Below are positions 33,828 through 45,253 of a stretch of 64,000 nucleotides of DNA, piece by piece. Source of the DNA: Trueperaceae bacterium. GTDB lineage: Bacteria > Deinococcota > Deinococci > Deinococcales > Trueperaceae. The position numbers and the translations under genes were made by a program. The stretch covers positions 928,001-992,000 of the forward strand of contig JAXHLW010000013.1 of assembly GCA_034521815.1 (NCBI GenBank), in the 5' to 3' direction. The notes under the pieces were generated by a model, which searched no databases, was not told the origin of the DNA, and worked only from the letters and a program-made list of their open reading frames with translations. How positions within the stretch are numbered: the stretch's first letter is position 1; every line of letters begins with the position of its first letter.

Positions 33828-35000
33828 ATGACCGTATCGCTTGCCGCGTCGCTGGCCATCAAGGAGATGGTCCGCAACGTGGCGCGCTTCGCCTCGATCA
33901 GCGCCGTCATCGCGTTGATCACCGTCCTGATCCTGTTCCTCTCCGGCTTGGGCGAGGGCCTGGGGCTGGGCAACCGGCAGTACGTCGGCGGCATCGACGG
34001 CGATCTGCTCGTCTACCAGACCACGGCCGACCTCCAGATCGCCGCGAGCCAGCTGGACCGCTCGGTCGTCGCGTCGGTGCGGCGCGTCGACGGCGTCGCC
34101 GAGGTGGGGGCCATCGCCTTCGCATCGACCGTGATCGAGGGCGCAGGCGGTGAGGACGAGCCGGGGTTGCGCGTGTCGCTGATCGGCGTGGAGCCGGGTC
34201 GCCCGGGCGCGCCCCCTGTGCTGGAGGGACCCGGCTTCGCCTCGTCCAGCGGCAACGAGGTGGTGCTCGGTCGGCAGGCGGCGCTGCGCAGCGGCGCGAC
34301 CGTCGGCGACGTGATCACCGTGCGATCGACGCAGGGTGCGGTGGACGAGCGGTACGACCTCCGCGTCGTCGGCGTCACGTCCGGCCAGCAGTACCAGATC
34401 GCGCCGTCGATCCTGGTCCCGTTGATCGCGTTCGACCGGGTGAAGCCGAAGTCGGACGCCTCGGTGGACCCGTCGCGCCTTCCGTTCAACCTCGTCGCGG
34501 TGCGCACGGTCGCAGGCGCGACGCCCGAGACGGTCGCCGCCCGGATCGAGCAGGAGGTCCGCTCGGTACGGGCGGTGGACCTGGTCACCGCGTACGAGAA
34601 CATTCCCGGGTACGCGGCCCAACAGAGCACGGTCGACACCCAGACGGGCTTCACGCTGGTCATCGGGATCCTCGTGGTCGGCGGGTTCTTTCAGATTCAG
34701 ACGCTTCAGAAGCTGGGCCAGATCGGGATGCTGAAGGCGATCGGGGCGTCCAACCTGATGATCGCCACGGCCACGGTGCTGCAGATCGTGTTCACGAACC
34801 TCGTGGGCGTGAGTCTGGGAGCGCTCGGCACGTTCGCGCTGGCGGCCACGTTTCCCTCGACCGTTCCGATCGTGTTCCAACCCGGCAACGTCGCCGTCGC
34901 GGTCGGCGGACTCCTGGTGATCGGGCCGTTCGGAGGGCTCGTCGCGTTGCGGTCCGCCCTGCGCGTCGAGCCGCTGACCGCCTTGGGGCTCGGCACGTGA
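33828..35000 (+). CDS. ABC transporter permease (FtsX/MacB-like)
   Basis: TM-periplasmic-3TM layout; QKLGQIGMLKAIGAS; VEPLTAL. Confidence 0.88.
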   Translation: MTVSLAASLAIKEMVRNVARFASISAVIALITVLILFLSGLGEGLGLGNRQYVGGIDGDLLVYQTTADLQIAASQLDRSVVASVRRVDGVAEVGAIAFASTVIEGAGGEDEPGLRVSLIGVEPGRPGAPPVLEGPGFASSSGNEVVLGRQAALRSGATVGDVITVRSTQGAVDERYDLRVVGVTSGQQYQIAPSILVPLIAFDRVKPKSDASVDPSRLPFNLVAVRTVAGATPETVAARIEQEVRSVRAVDLVTAYENIPGYAAQQSTVDTQTGFTLVIGILVVGGFFQIQTLQKLGQIGMLKAIGASNLMIATATVLQIVFTNLVGVSLGALGTFALAATFPSTVPIVFQPGNVAVAVGGLLVIGPFGGLVALRSALRVEPLTALGLGT

Positions 35001-35794
35001 CCGTGGCGCGCAAGGCCTACGTCCGGTCGTCTGCGGCTGCTGAGTCCACGGCCGGACCTCCCGCGGTCGCAAGCGGGCCCGCGCTGATCGCGGAGGGACT
35101 GAGCAAGACCTACCCGCTGGGCGAGCAGCTGATCCGCGCCGTCGACGACGTCTCGTTCGAGGTGCAGCCCGGCGAGTTCGTGGCGCTGGTCGGACCGTCC
35201 GGCTCCGGGAAGACGAGCCTCCTGGCCATGCTGGCCGGCCTTCTTCGGCCCACGGAGGGTCGGGTCCGCATCGCCGACCAGGAGATCGCGGAGCTGTCCG
35301 ACCGTCAGCTCACGCGCTTCCGCAGGCGCAACATCGGCTTCACCTTTCAGGCGAACAATCTCCTGCCCTACCTCACGGTGCTCGAGAACGTCACGCTGAT
35401 GCTGTCCCTGAACGGCCGCACGAATCCGGGAAGCGTGGCATGGGCGAAGGACCTCTTGGAGCAGCTGGGGCTGGCGGACCGGCTCCGCAGCCTGCCGTCC
35501 CAGCTTTCGGGGGGCCAGAAGCAGCGCGTGTCGATCGCGCGGGCCCTGATCCACCGTCCCGCCGTGGTGCTGGCCGACGAGCCGACGGCCAGCCTGGACA
35601 CCGAGCGCGCGCACCAGGTGGTCGAAACGTTCGCGTCGCTGATTCATGACGACCGGCGGGCGGGGATCATGGTGACGCACGACCTCAGGATGTGCCGTCA
35701 CGTCGACCGGGTCGTTCAGATGCGCGACGGCCTGCTCGAGCGAATCGTCGACGACCCTGAAGACATCCGTGCGCTTTCCGAGGGCGGCCCGTGA
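34997..35794 (+). CDS. ABC transporter ATP-binding protein (LolD/MacB-like)
   Basis: [26 protein letters not shown]. Confidence 0.92.
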   Translation: MTVARKAYVRSSAAAESTAGPPAVASGPALIAEGLSKTYPLGEQLIRAVDDVSFEVQPGEFVALVGPSGSGKTSLLAMLAGLLRPTEGRVRIADQEIAELSDRQLTRFRRRNIGFTFQANNLLPYLTVLENVTLMLSLNGRTNPGSVAWAKDLLEQLGLADRLRSLPSQLSGGQKQRVSIARALIHRPAVVLADEPTASLDTERAHQVVETFASLIHDDRRAGIMVTHDLRMCRHVDRVVQMRDGLLERIVDDPEDIRALSEGGP

Positions 35795-35870
35795 CGCCCT
35801 ACCTTCGGGACCTCGCCGTGCGGCGGACGATCCCCACTCGACCACGGTCGCTGTGCGACCAGGAGGCATC

Positions 35871-37064
35871 GTGCGTCTGATCCGACCGCTTCTGCTGATC
35901 TCCTCGGAGCGGGCGCCGTGGTGGGCGCCGCCTTCGTCCTTCGCGCCCAAGGGGTCCTGACGTTCGGAACGCCGGAGGCCACGGTCGTCCGGGACTCACG
36001 AACGCCAGGCATCGACGACCGACCTGCGAACCCGCCTAGCGGCGCATCGGACGATTCTCCCGCGACGTCGGAATCCGGCTCCCCGAGCGACGATACGGCA
36101 GCGACGCGACCCGTCGCGGGCGTGCCGTCCTCCGCCGAAGCGGAGGTGCGTCCGCTCCGCAGCTCCGACCTGGCGTTCTCGGGAACGGGCGTCCTGGTCG
36201 AGCGGTTCGTAGCTGAAGGCGACGACGTCGTGGCCGGCGATCCGCTGCTGCGGCTCGACGACGAGCGGGAGCGTGCGCGCCTCCGCGAAGCCGACGCCGC
36301 CTTGGCTGCGGCCGCCGCTCGCCTGCAGGCGGCTCAAGCCGGCGAGCGAGCGGCCGAGCGTCAGATCGCCGTCGTCCGACGCCGCTGTCCGCGTGGCCGA
36401 GGCGCAACGCGACGCGGCCCAGGCCGCGCTGCGCCTGACGGCGACGCAGGCCGAAGCGACCGTCGCCGAAGCGGAGGCGCGCATGCGCCAGGCGGAGGCG
36501 GGTGTCGTGCAGGCCGAGGCGAACCGCGAGGCCGCACGCGCGGCCCTGGTGCAGGCCGCGGCGAACACGTCGCTGGCCGCGGCGCAGCGCGATCAGGCCG
36601 AGGCGGTCCAGGCAACGGCGTCCCTGGCCGTCCGCGAGAGGACGCTCACCGCTCCGTTCGACGGCCGGGTGGTCTCGATCGGCGCCGAGGTCGGCGAGAC
36701 GCTGGGCGGTCCCGGAGGAAGCCCACCGGGCGGACCGGAGCAGGAGAGCTCGGGTGCCGGCACCGCGGTACGGCTGGCCGACCTGAGCGGCTGGCGTGTC
36801 GAGACGACGAACCTCACCGAGCTCCAGGTGGTCGGCGTGCGTCCCGGCGACGAGGTCACGGTCGAGGTCGACGCCCTACCGGACCTGAGCCTCGGGGGCG
36901 TCGTCGAGCGGATCGGCTACCGGGCGGAGCCCGTGCGTGGAGAGGTGACCTACGTGACGACGGTCCGGTTGCTCGACGCGTCGCTAACGGATGCAGCGCG
37001 CGCGGCGCTTCGCCCCGGTATGACCGCCGTGGTACGCGGGCTGGTGCGCGGGCTGGTGCGCTGA
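35871..37064 (+). CDS. HlyD-type membrane fusion protein, frameshifted
   Basis: V.EGDDVVAGDPLLRLD, coiled coil, LTAPFDGRV, LRPGMTA. Confidence 0.8.
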
Positions 37065-37155
37065 CCAACCCCTGATCTGGTCGATGCGGCGTTCCTCCCT
37101 ATCAGGAGCGCCGGCCGCGGCACCGGGCGGGTCCAACGTCCCGAGCCTGACCGGT

Positions 37156-37180
37156 TATCGTAGATCGTAGATGAACGATG
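37156..37180 (+). promoter_or_regulatory. putative ArsR operator overlapping -10 and start codon
   Basis: ATCGT-N6-ACGAT inverted repeat (37164-37179) with TATCGT -10; same in copy B near 50021-50045. Confidence 0.55.
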
Positions 37181-37566
37181 AACGCTCTCTCACAACATCC
37201 GCTACGACCCATCGTGCCCCTGCGCGTGGGCTCGCAACCTCGGGACGGACGGCCACGGCGGAGGAGGCGCGCCTCGCCAGCCTAGCCAAGGCACTCGGTC
37301 ACCCCGCCCGGGTGCGCATCCTTCGCCTCCTCCTCGCAACCGACACGTGCATGTGCGGCGCCATCTGCGACGTCGTCTCACTCGCGCAGTCGACCGTGTC
37401 GCAGCACCTGAAGGTGCTGAAGCAGGCGGGTCTCATCGCGGGTGAGATCGACGGCCCCCGGGTGTGCTACTCACCCAACCGAGCCGCTCTGGCCGAGTTG
37501 ACGGCGCTGCTCTACCACCTCGAACCCGACGCCAACCCTGCCCGCAAGGAGCCCACCGATGCCTGA
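37171..37566 (+). CDS. arsR: ArsR/SmtB arsenite-responsive regulator
   Basis: [40 protein letters not shown]. Confidence 0.9.
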   Translation: MNDERSLTTSATTHRAPARGLATSGRTATAEEARLASLAKALGHPARVRILRLLLATDTCMCGAICDVVSLAQSTVSQHLKVLKQAGLIAGEIDGPRVCYSPNRAALAELTALLYHLEPDANPARKEPTDA

Positions 37567-38662
37567 CACCGCCCCCAAGCGCCTCTCGTTCCTGGACCGC
37601 TACCTCACGCTGTGGATCTTCGTCGCGATGGGGCTGGGCGTCCTGATCGGGACCGTCATCCCCGGATTCGGCCGCGTCCTCGACTCGATGAGCGTCGGCG
37701 CGACGAACATCCCCATCGCCATCGGCCTCATCCTGATGATGTACCCGCCGCTCGCCAAGGTGCGCTACGGGAAGCTGCCGCAGGTGTTTCGCAACGTCCG
37801 CATCCTGGTCCTCTCGCTGGTGCAGAACTGGTTGATCGGGCCGTTCCTGATGTTCTTCCTGGCGATCACGTTCCTGCGCGACTACCCGGAGTACATGATC
37901 GGCCTCATCCTGATCGGCCTCGCCCGTTGCATCGCCATGGTGCTGGTGTGGAACCAGCTCGCCGAAGGCGACAACGACTACGCCGCCGGCCTCGTCGCCT
38001 TCAACAGCGTCTTCCAGGTGATCTTCTTCAGCGTCTACGCCTACGTGTTCATCACCGTGCTGCCGCCGCTGTTCGGGCTGCAGGGGAGCATCGTCGAGAT
38101 CACGATCGGCGAGATCGCGCTCGCGGTCTTCATCTACCTGGGCGTGCCGTTCATCGCCGGGATCCTCAGCCGCGTGCTGCTGATCCCCGCCAAGGGCCAG
38201 GACTGGTACGACCGGGTCTTCGTGCCACGCATCAGCCCGATCACGCTCTCGGCGCTGCTCTTCACCATCGTGATGATGTTCGGCCTCAAGGGCGGCACGA
38301 TCGTGCAGATCCCGCTCGACGTCGTGCGCATCGCGGTGCCGCTGGTGCTCTACTTCGTCATCATGTTCACCGTCAGCTTCTTCATGGGGCGCGCGTTCGG
38401 CGCCGATTACCCACAGACCACGACGCTCGCGTTCACCGCGTCCGGGAACAACTTCGAGCTGGCGCTCGCGGTCGCGATCTCGGTCTTCGGTCTCAGCTCA
38501 GGCGTCGCGTTCGCAGCCGTCATCGGGCCGCTGGTCGAGGTGCCCGTGCTGATCTCGCTCGTGTGGGTGGCGCTCTACTTCCGCAAGCGCTTCTTCCCGG
38601 CAGCCCACGCCGAGGCCACCGCGGCGGCCGCAGGCCAGCCGGCCGGCGGTAGCGCGCGATGA
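37559..38662 (+). CDS. acr3: ACR3 arsenite efflux transporter
   Basis: [42 protein letters not shown]. Confidence 0.96.
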   Translation: MPDTAPKRLSFLDRYLTLWIFVAMGLGVLIGTVIPGFGRVLDSMSVGATNIPIAIGLILMMYPPLAKVRYGKLPQVFRNVRILVLSLVQNWLIGPFLMFFLAITFLRDYPEYMIGLILIGLARCIAMVLVWNQLAEGDNDYAAGLVAFNSVFQVIFFSVYAYVFITVLPPLFGLQGSIVEITIGEIALAVFIYLGVPFIAGILSRVLLIPAKGQDWYDRVFVPRISPITLSALLFTIVMMFGLKGGTIVQIPLDVVRIAVPLVLYFVIMFTVSFFMGRAFGADYPQTTTLAFTASGNNFELALAVAISVFGLSSGVAFAAVIGPLVEVPVLISLVWVALYFRKRFFPAAHAEATAAAAGQPAGGSAR

Positions 38663-38883
38663 ACGAGCCCGCCTCGGAATCCGCGGGAGCGCCGAGCCAG
38701 CGCACGTTCTTCAGCCTGCGCTTCTTCGAGTTGCGCGAGGTCGCGGCCATGGTCGAACGTGGCGCGGAGCTGCCGATCGTGCTGGTCGGCGACGCCGTCG
38801 CCAACCGAGGCGGCAAGTTATCGGAGGCGCGCATCGCGGAGTCACTCGAAGCCGCGGGCGCCCTTGGAACGGGAGAACGATGA
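38659..38883 (+). CDS. small hypothetical protein, thioredoxin/ArsD C-terminal-like
   Basis: ATGA overlaps at both ends; ELPIVLVGD. Confidence 0.5.
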   Translation: MNEPASESAGAPSQRTFFSLRFFELREVAAMVERGAELPIVLVGDAVANRGGKLSEARIAESLEAAGALGTGER

Positions 38884-39281
38884 CGATGGCGATGACGCAA
38901 ACCGTCGAGTCCGGTGCCGCCGTGCGCGAACGAGCGCGCGCCTTGGCCCAGACGATCGAGCAGAGCGAGGCGTTCCGTGCCTACAAGGTGGCCGAGGCGG
39001 CGCTCGACGCGGACGCGGCGCTGGGCTCGACGCTCGCCGCGCTCCAGGCGCGAGACCAAGAGCTCGGGCAGTCCCAAGCCTGGGGCGGCGCCGACCCCAC
39101 GGAGGTGCGCGCCGTGCAGCAGGAGTGGCAGGACCTCGCGACGAACCCCATCCTCGTCGCGCACGCAGCGGCCCGCGAGAACCTGATCGCGCTGTTCGGC
39201 GAAGTCGCAGTGGGGATCACCGAGGGCACGGGCATCGACTTCGGCTCGGCCTGCGCGCCGGCCGGCGGGTGTTGCGGATGA
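38880..39281 (+). CDS. YlbF/YmcA (Ric) family protein with C-terminal CxxxxxCCG
   Basis: [18 protein letters not shown]...[23 protein letters not shown]. Confidence 0.78.
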   Translation: MTMAMTQTVESGAAVRERARALAQTIEQSEAFRAYKVAEAALDADAALGSTLAALQARDQELGQSQAWGGADPTEVRAVQQEWQDLATNPILVAHAAARENLIALFGEVAVGITEGTGIDFGSACAPAGGCCG

Positions 39282-39682
39282 GCACGTCGGGAACCACGAT
39301 CGACCCCAGCCGCAACGGGCTCGCGGCCGTCCCGGAACGCCTTCGGGAACTGGTCCAGGCCCTGCGGGTCGCCCCCGCCATCGCGCGGTTCCGGGCGGCG
39401 GAAGAACGCTTCCGTGGCGACGAGGACGTGCGTGCCCTGCAGGCGCGCGTGCGTGCGTGCCACGAGCAACTGCAACGTGCGGAACGCGCGAACCGCCATG
39501 ACCCCAGGCTCTTCCAGGACGCGCGCGAAGCCCAGGCGCTGCTGCAAGGGCATCCAGCGGTCGCCGAGTTCGTCGCGTCACGCCAAGACGCGATGGATCT
39601 CCTGCGCGACGTGAACGAAGCGATGACCGAGGTGCTCGGCGTGGACCTCGGCGGAAGCGTGCGTCGTGCCTGTGCCTGCTGA
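39278..39682 (+). CDS. second YlbF/YmcA family protein ending in CxC
   Basis: [36 protein letters not shown]...ACAC. Confidence 0.75.
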   Translation: MSTSGTTIDPSRNGLAAVPERLRELVQALRVAPAIARFRAAEERFRGDEDVRALQARVRACHEQLQRAERANRHDPRLFQDAREAQALLQGHPAVAEFVASRQDAMDLLRDVNEAMTEVLGVDLGGSVRRACAC

Positions 39683-40445
39683 CGCGCGCAGGCGCCTCCT
39701 CGCGGTGTTCGCGCACCCGGACGATGAGACCTTCGTCGCCGGCGGCACGCTCGCCCGCTACGCCGCGACCGGCAACGAGGTGACCGTCGTGTGCGCGACG
39801 TCCGGCGAACTCGGCAGGCGCGGCGAGTACGTCGACCTTCCCCGCCCGGCGTTCGCCGACGTGCGTCGCGGCGAGCTCGAGGCCGCGTGCGCCGCGCTCG
39901 GCACGCGCCCACCACGGTTCCTCGGTTGCACCGACAAGGGGTTGGACCACGATTGCCAGGAAGCGGCCACCGCCGAGGTAGCGGACATCATCGAAGAGCT
40001 GCGACCCGACGTCGTCGTCACGTTCGGCCCCGACGGCGTCTCGGGGCACGCCGACCACCTGGCCATCGGCCAGATCGTGACCGCGGCCTTCGCCAGGGCG
40101 GGCAGGTCGTTGCCCGCGCCTGCTCCCGGCACGGAGCACGCCCACCCGGTCGCGCTCTACTACGTCCTGCGATCCGAGGCCGCGCCAGCTTGCTGCGCGG
40201 CCCGCGATGGCGCGCCGCCGCCGCCCCCCACCACCACGTCGATCGACGTCCGGGGCTACGGCGATCGCAAGCTCGCCGCCGTGCGCTGCCATCGCAGCCA
40301 GCACCACCTGCAACCCGCGACGCCGGAGCGTGAGGCGGCCATCCTGAGCGCTCCGGAGGCCTTCCACCGTGCGGTACCGGCGTGGACGGGAGGCTCGCTC
40401 GAGACGCACCTCTTCGGGCTCACGGAGGCCGCGACGACGGATTGA
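39666..40445 (+). CDS. PIG-L/LmbE family deacetylase (MshB/BshB/Mca-like)
   Basis: [32 protein letters not shown]. Confidence 0.9.
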   Translation: MPVPADARRRLLAVFAHPDDETFVAGGTLARYAATGNEVTVVCATSGELGRRGEYVDLPRPAFADVRRGELEAACAALGTRPPRFLGCTDKGLDHDCQEAATAEVADIIEELRPDVVVTFGPDGVSGHADHLAIGQIVTAAFARAGRSLPAPAPGTEHAHPVALYYVLRSEAAPACCAARDGAPPPPPTTTSIDVRGYGDRKLAAVRCHRSQHHLQPATPEREAAILSAPEAFHRAVPAWTGGSLETHLFGLTEAATTD

Positions 40446-40498
40446 GCCCGGCCCGCGGCCCACGAGCGCAGCGCCCGGGACCTCCGTCGGCCCGGCGC

Positions 40499-40747
40499 TT
40501 ACGCCGCCGCGCTCGCCTCCTTGATCCACCCGGCGATCTCCGCCGCAGGCGCGATCCGGCCGCTCGCCTTGACCCGGTCGTCGATCACGATCGCGGGCGT
40601 CGACATGATGCCGTACTGAAGGACGGCTCGAAAGTCCTCGACCTTCACGAGGTCGACCTGGACACCGGTCTGCTCCACGGCGGACATCGCCTCGAGGTAG
40701 AGCTGCTGGCAGCGTCTACAGCCTGGGCCCAGGATCTTGATCGTCAT
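40499..40747 (-). CDS. small redox-active disulfide (thioredoxin-family, MTH895-like) protein
   Basis: IKILGPGCRRC, YGIMSTPAIVID, SGRI. Confidence 0.88.
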   Translation of the reverse strand: MTIKILGPGCRRCQQLYLEAMSAVEQTGVQVDLVKVEDFRAVLQYGIMSTPAIVIDDRVKASGRIAPAAEIAGWIKEASAAA

Positions 40748-41073
40748 CACGACGCTGGGGCCGCCAGCCAGGCGAGCGCCTCGGCCGCCGTGTCCTGCAC
40801 GGTCGCACTCTTCATGAGCCGGGCCACCAGGATCGCCTCGACGATCTCCTCGTCGCTGACGCCGGCCTTCCGAGCCTGCTTCGTCCACATGAGCGTGCAG
40901 GTCGACGACTGCAGGGCGGCGGCGACGCCGATGCCGATGAGCAGCTTCTGCGTCAGCGGCAACGCCTGCAACGCCGGGTTCTCGAGGGTGGCGGCGCGGT
41001 GCTCCATGTAGGTGCGTGCGCCTTCGGGGGATGCGGTGCGAAGGATGTCCATGGGGGCGGCGGATGGGTTCAC
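40747..41073 (-). CDS. carboxymuconolactone decarboxylase/AhpD-like protein
   Basis: KLLIGIGVAAA..S.TC, ARKAGVSDEEIVEAI. Confidence 0.8.
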   Translation of the reverse strand: MNPSAAPMDILRTASPEGARTYMEHRAATLENPALQALPLTQKLLIGIGVAAALQSSTCTLMWTKQARKAGVSDEEIVEAILVARLMKSATVQDTAAEALAWLAAPAS

Positions 41074-41309
41074 GGTGTCTCCTCTTCGAAATGGGGTGTG
41101 AGAGGTGCGCGGAGAACGCCGTCACGAAGGGCGTGAGCAAGGACCCGCAACACCGCGGCACGCCTTGCGACGTGGTCGTCGGCACGGCTCAGGCGCGGCG
41201 CACCTCCGGACGCCACCGCCCACGATGTCGTGAAGCTGGCACATCACCAAGGGCCATTCGTCCGTGGCCCGGCGCGGCTCCGGCGAAGACCGTGCGACTT
41301 ATATGTTGG

Positions 41310-42447
<1,138 letters not shown>

Positions 42448-42470
42448 CCCTTGACAATCAACACGGTTGC

Positions 42471-43814
42471 TCAGTCGAACGCCGCCGCCGCCGGGACGCG
42501 CGCCGGCGTGTTGCACGGCATCCCCTCCTCGAACAGGGCACGCTCGTCCTCCGGCAGGCGTGCGCGCGCGAGGTCGCGAATGCCGTTCACGCCGATGAAG
42601 AACTCGCGCATCATCACGACCAGCAGGTAGCGCCCCGTCTCGGTCAGCTCCAGCGCCTCCGCGTCGTCGCGCGAGAACGCGCCGGCGGCCTTCAGGAACA
42701 GGTACTCCGCCCACAGCGCACGCTCGACCGGGGCGCCGTTGCGCTTGGCGAACGCGCTCTTGTCCAGTCGGAGCCCGAACAGGTCCATCATCAGCCGGTA
42801 GCGCCGCCGATCGGCGCGACTCAGCGGCATGTGGGCGTCCACGCTGAGACGGCCCTCGTCGATCGCGCCGGCGTAGGCCCGCAGGCTGAACGGGTTCGCG
42901 TACAGCTCGTCGTTCAGGTAGCTGAACGAGCCGCTGCCCACGCCGACGTACTCGTCGTGGTCCACGATGTACTCGTCGATCATCGTCGACGCCTCGCGCG
43001 AGAACGCCCAGGCCGACGTCGGCTTGAACGTGTCCGACAAGGCCTCCGACAACAGCCGGTACTGGCGCTCCTCCTGTTGGTAGTCGACCGTGCCCAGCGC
43101 TCGCTCGAGCGGCTTCTCGACCGACGGCGACACCATCAGCGGGTAGTACGTCACCTGATCCGCGCCGGTCGCCTTGAGCGACTCGATGTCGCGCTTCAGG
43201 ACGTCGTCGGTCAGCGAGGGAAGGTTGAAGATCATGTCGACGTTGAGCGTGGTGAGCCGGCCCGCGGCCAGCTCGACCCCGGCCAGGATCTCCTCCGCCG
43301 TTCCGTACGCGTCCCGGCGCTTCATCTGACGCAGCAGCTCGTCGTCCAGGCTCTGCACCCCGACCGAGAGCCGGTCCACGCGTCCGTCGAGCACGTCGAG
43401 AACCTCGTGGGTCAGGTGGTTCGGGTTCGTCTCGGTCGACACCTCGCCCACGCCGAACAGCTCGCGGGCCAGGTCGATCGTCGCGACGAGCTCCTCCGGG
43501 ATCACGGTCGGCGTGCCGCCCCCGATGTACATCGAGGAGAAGTCGTAGCCCAGGTCGGCCACCATCCGCATCTCCTCACGAAGCGCGTGGAAGTAGCGGG
43601 TCGCCGCGTCCTGCTGGAACGGAAAGCGGTTGAACGAGCAGTACGGGCAGAGCCGATGGCAGAACGGGACGTGCGCGTACAGCAGATAGCCACCGCGATG
43701 GGTCGGCTTCGGGAGATCGCCCGGCTTGTGGGGCTCCAAGCGAAGCTGCTGCGACCGTAGGCCACGAAGGCGGCGGGTGAGGAGTCGCTCCGCGATCATC
43801 GAGCCGAGGTCCAC
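42471..43814 (-). CDS. HemN-like radical SAM protein
   Basis: YAHVPFCHRLCPYCSF, YIGGGTP, RLSVGVQS, YVGVGSGSFS. Confidence 0.9.
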   Translation of the reverse strand: MDLGSMIAERLLTRRLRGLRSQQLRLEPHKPGDLPKPTHRGGYLLYAHVPFCHRLCPYCSFNRFPFQQDAATRYFHALREEMRMVADLGYDFSSMYIGGGTPTVIPEELVATIDLARELFGVGEVSTETNPNHLTHEVLDVLDGRVDRLSVGVQSLDDELLRQMKRRDAYGTAEEILAGVELAAGRLTTLNVDMIFNLPSLTDDVLKRDIESLKATGADQVTYYPLMVSPSVEKPLERALGTVDYQQEERQYRLLSEALSDTFKPTSAWAFSREASTMIDEYIVDHDEYVGVGSGSFSYLNDELYANPFSLRAYAGAIDEGRLSVDAHMPLSRADRRRYRLMMDLFGLRLDKSAFAKRNGAPVERALWAEYLFLKAAGAFSRDDAEALELTETGRYLLVVMMREFFIGVNGIRDLARARLPEDERALFEEGMPCNTPARVPAAAAFD

Positions 43815-43972
43815 GCCCGACGGCGAGCTGGCGTCCTACGTCGTTGAATGCGCATGCGACAAGGTATCGCATCGAGGCGAACCGACGGGCAGGACGAACG
43901 ACCCGGCTCCCGTCGGGAATCCGACCGACGTGCGCCGGACCCGGTGATGCACTGCGCCGTGGAGGTGCACGG

Positions 43973-44329
43973 ATGCACAAGATCGCGATCGTCGTCCTGG
44001 CCGACACCGAAACGCACGGAGACCTGGGCCGCGCCGTCAACGCCCTGGAGGTGGCCAAGGAGTTCGCCGAGGCGGGCGACGAGGTCGCCCTCGTGTTCGA
44101 CGGAGCGGGCACGAAGTGGGTGCCGGTCCTCGACGACCCGTCCCACAAGCGGCACGCGCTGTGGACGTCGGTGAAGGACCACGTGGCGGGCGCGTGCGCG
44201 TTCTGCTCCACGGCGTTCGGCGCGAAGGACGGCGTCGAGGCGGCCGGCGTCGCGCTGCTGAGCGAGTTCGAGGAGCACCCCAGCCTGCGCGGCTACGTCG
44301 AGAAGGGCTACCGGATCCTCACCTTCTGA
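43973..44329 (+). CDS. DsrE-family protein
   Basis: GRAVNAL, VALVFDGAG, GACAFCSTAFG, GYRILTF. Confidence 0.8.
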   Translation: MHKIAIVVLADTETHGDLGRAVNALEVAKEFAEAGDEVALVFDGAGTKWVPVLDDPSHKRHALWTSVKDHVAGACAFCSTAFGAKDGVEAAGVALLSEFEEHPSLRGYVEKGYRILTF

Positions 44330-44413
44330 CCGTCAGAACGTGCAGGCCCCGTGCGTCTGCGACGCGCTCTTGGGCGCGAGGAGACGCCAGAAGGCACGAG
44401 GAGGCACGACCCG

Positions 44414-45190
44414 ATGCATCTATTCCAAACCGCGATGGGGGTGCACGTCCCCGACGTCGGGGCAGATCGCATGCGCGATCTCGACCGGGTGGCCGTGGAC
44501 GAGTTCGGCATCGATCTGCTGCAGATGATGGAGAACGCCGGCCGCGCCCTCGCCGCGACGGTGCGCGGCATGCTGCACACGGGCGGCGGCGTCACCGTGC
44601 TGGCCGGCAGCGGCGGCAACGGCGGGGGCGGGCTAGCAGCGGCACGCCACCTGCACGGTCGGGAGGCCCAGGTGCGCGTGGTCCTCGCGCGGCCCGAGGA
44701 CCGCCTCTCCGCGGCGACGGCGCACCAGCTCCGCACCCTGCGTGCGATCGGCGTTCCCATCGAGGGACCGACGCACGCGGACCGCTGGATCGGCGAGGCC
44801 GAGGTCGCGATCGACGCCCTCCTGGGCTACGGCGCGACGGGGCCCGCCGAAGGGACCATCGCCGACCTGATCCGCACGCTGAACCGGCGTGCACGCCGGA
44901 TCGTGTCGCTCGATCTCCCCTCGGGGCTCCACGCCACGCACGGCACCGTCGGCGGCCCGATCGTCCGGCCCGTCCGAACCCTCACGCTGGCGCTCCCCAA
45001 GACCGGCCTGGCCGACCCGGCGGCCGACCTCGCCGAGCTGTGGCTGGCCGACATCGGCATTCCGCCCGAGGCGTTCCACCGCGTCGGGCTGACGTCGTAC
45101 CGGACGCCGTTCCGAACGGAGGACCGGGTTCCGCTTCGCTGCACCGGCACCTGGTCGACGCGCTGCCGGGACGTCGTGTTCCCTGGCTGA
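44414..45190 (+). CDS. nnrE: stand-alone NAD(P)H-hydrate epimerase (YjeF_N)
   Basis: MMENAGR, GSGGNGGGG, IDALLGYG, SLDLPSG, T.ALPKTGL, LADIGIP. Confidence 0.85.
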   Translation: MHLFQTAMGVHVPDVGADRMRDLDRVAVDEFGIDLLQMMENAGRALAATVRGMLHTGGGVTVLAGSGGNGGGGLAAARHLHGREAQVRVVLARPEDRLSAATAHQLRTLRAIGVPIEGPTHADRWIGEAEVAIDALLGYGATGPAEGTIADLIRTLNRRARRIVSLDLPSGLHATHGTVGGPIVRPVRTLTLALPKTGLADPAADLAELWLADIGIPPEAFHRVGLTSYRTPFRTEDRVPLRCTGTWSTRCRDVVFPG

Positions 45191-45253
45191 GACGTCCGAT
45201 GGCGCGCCGCGAGGACGCCCGGATCGACGACGCCCGGATCGGAGCGTCGCCGA

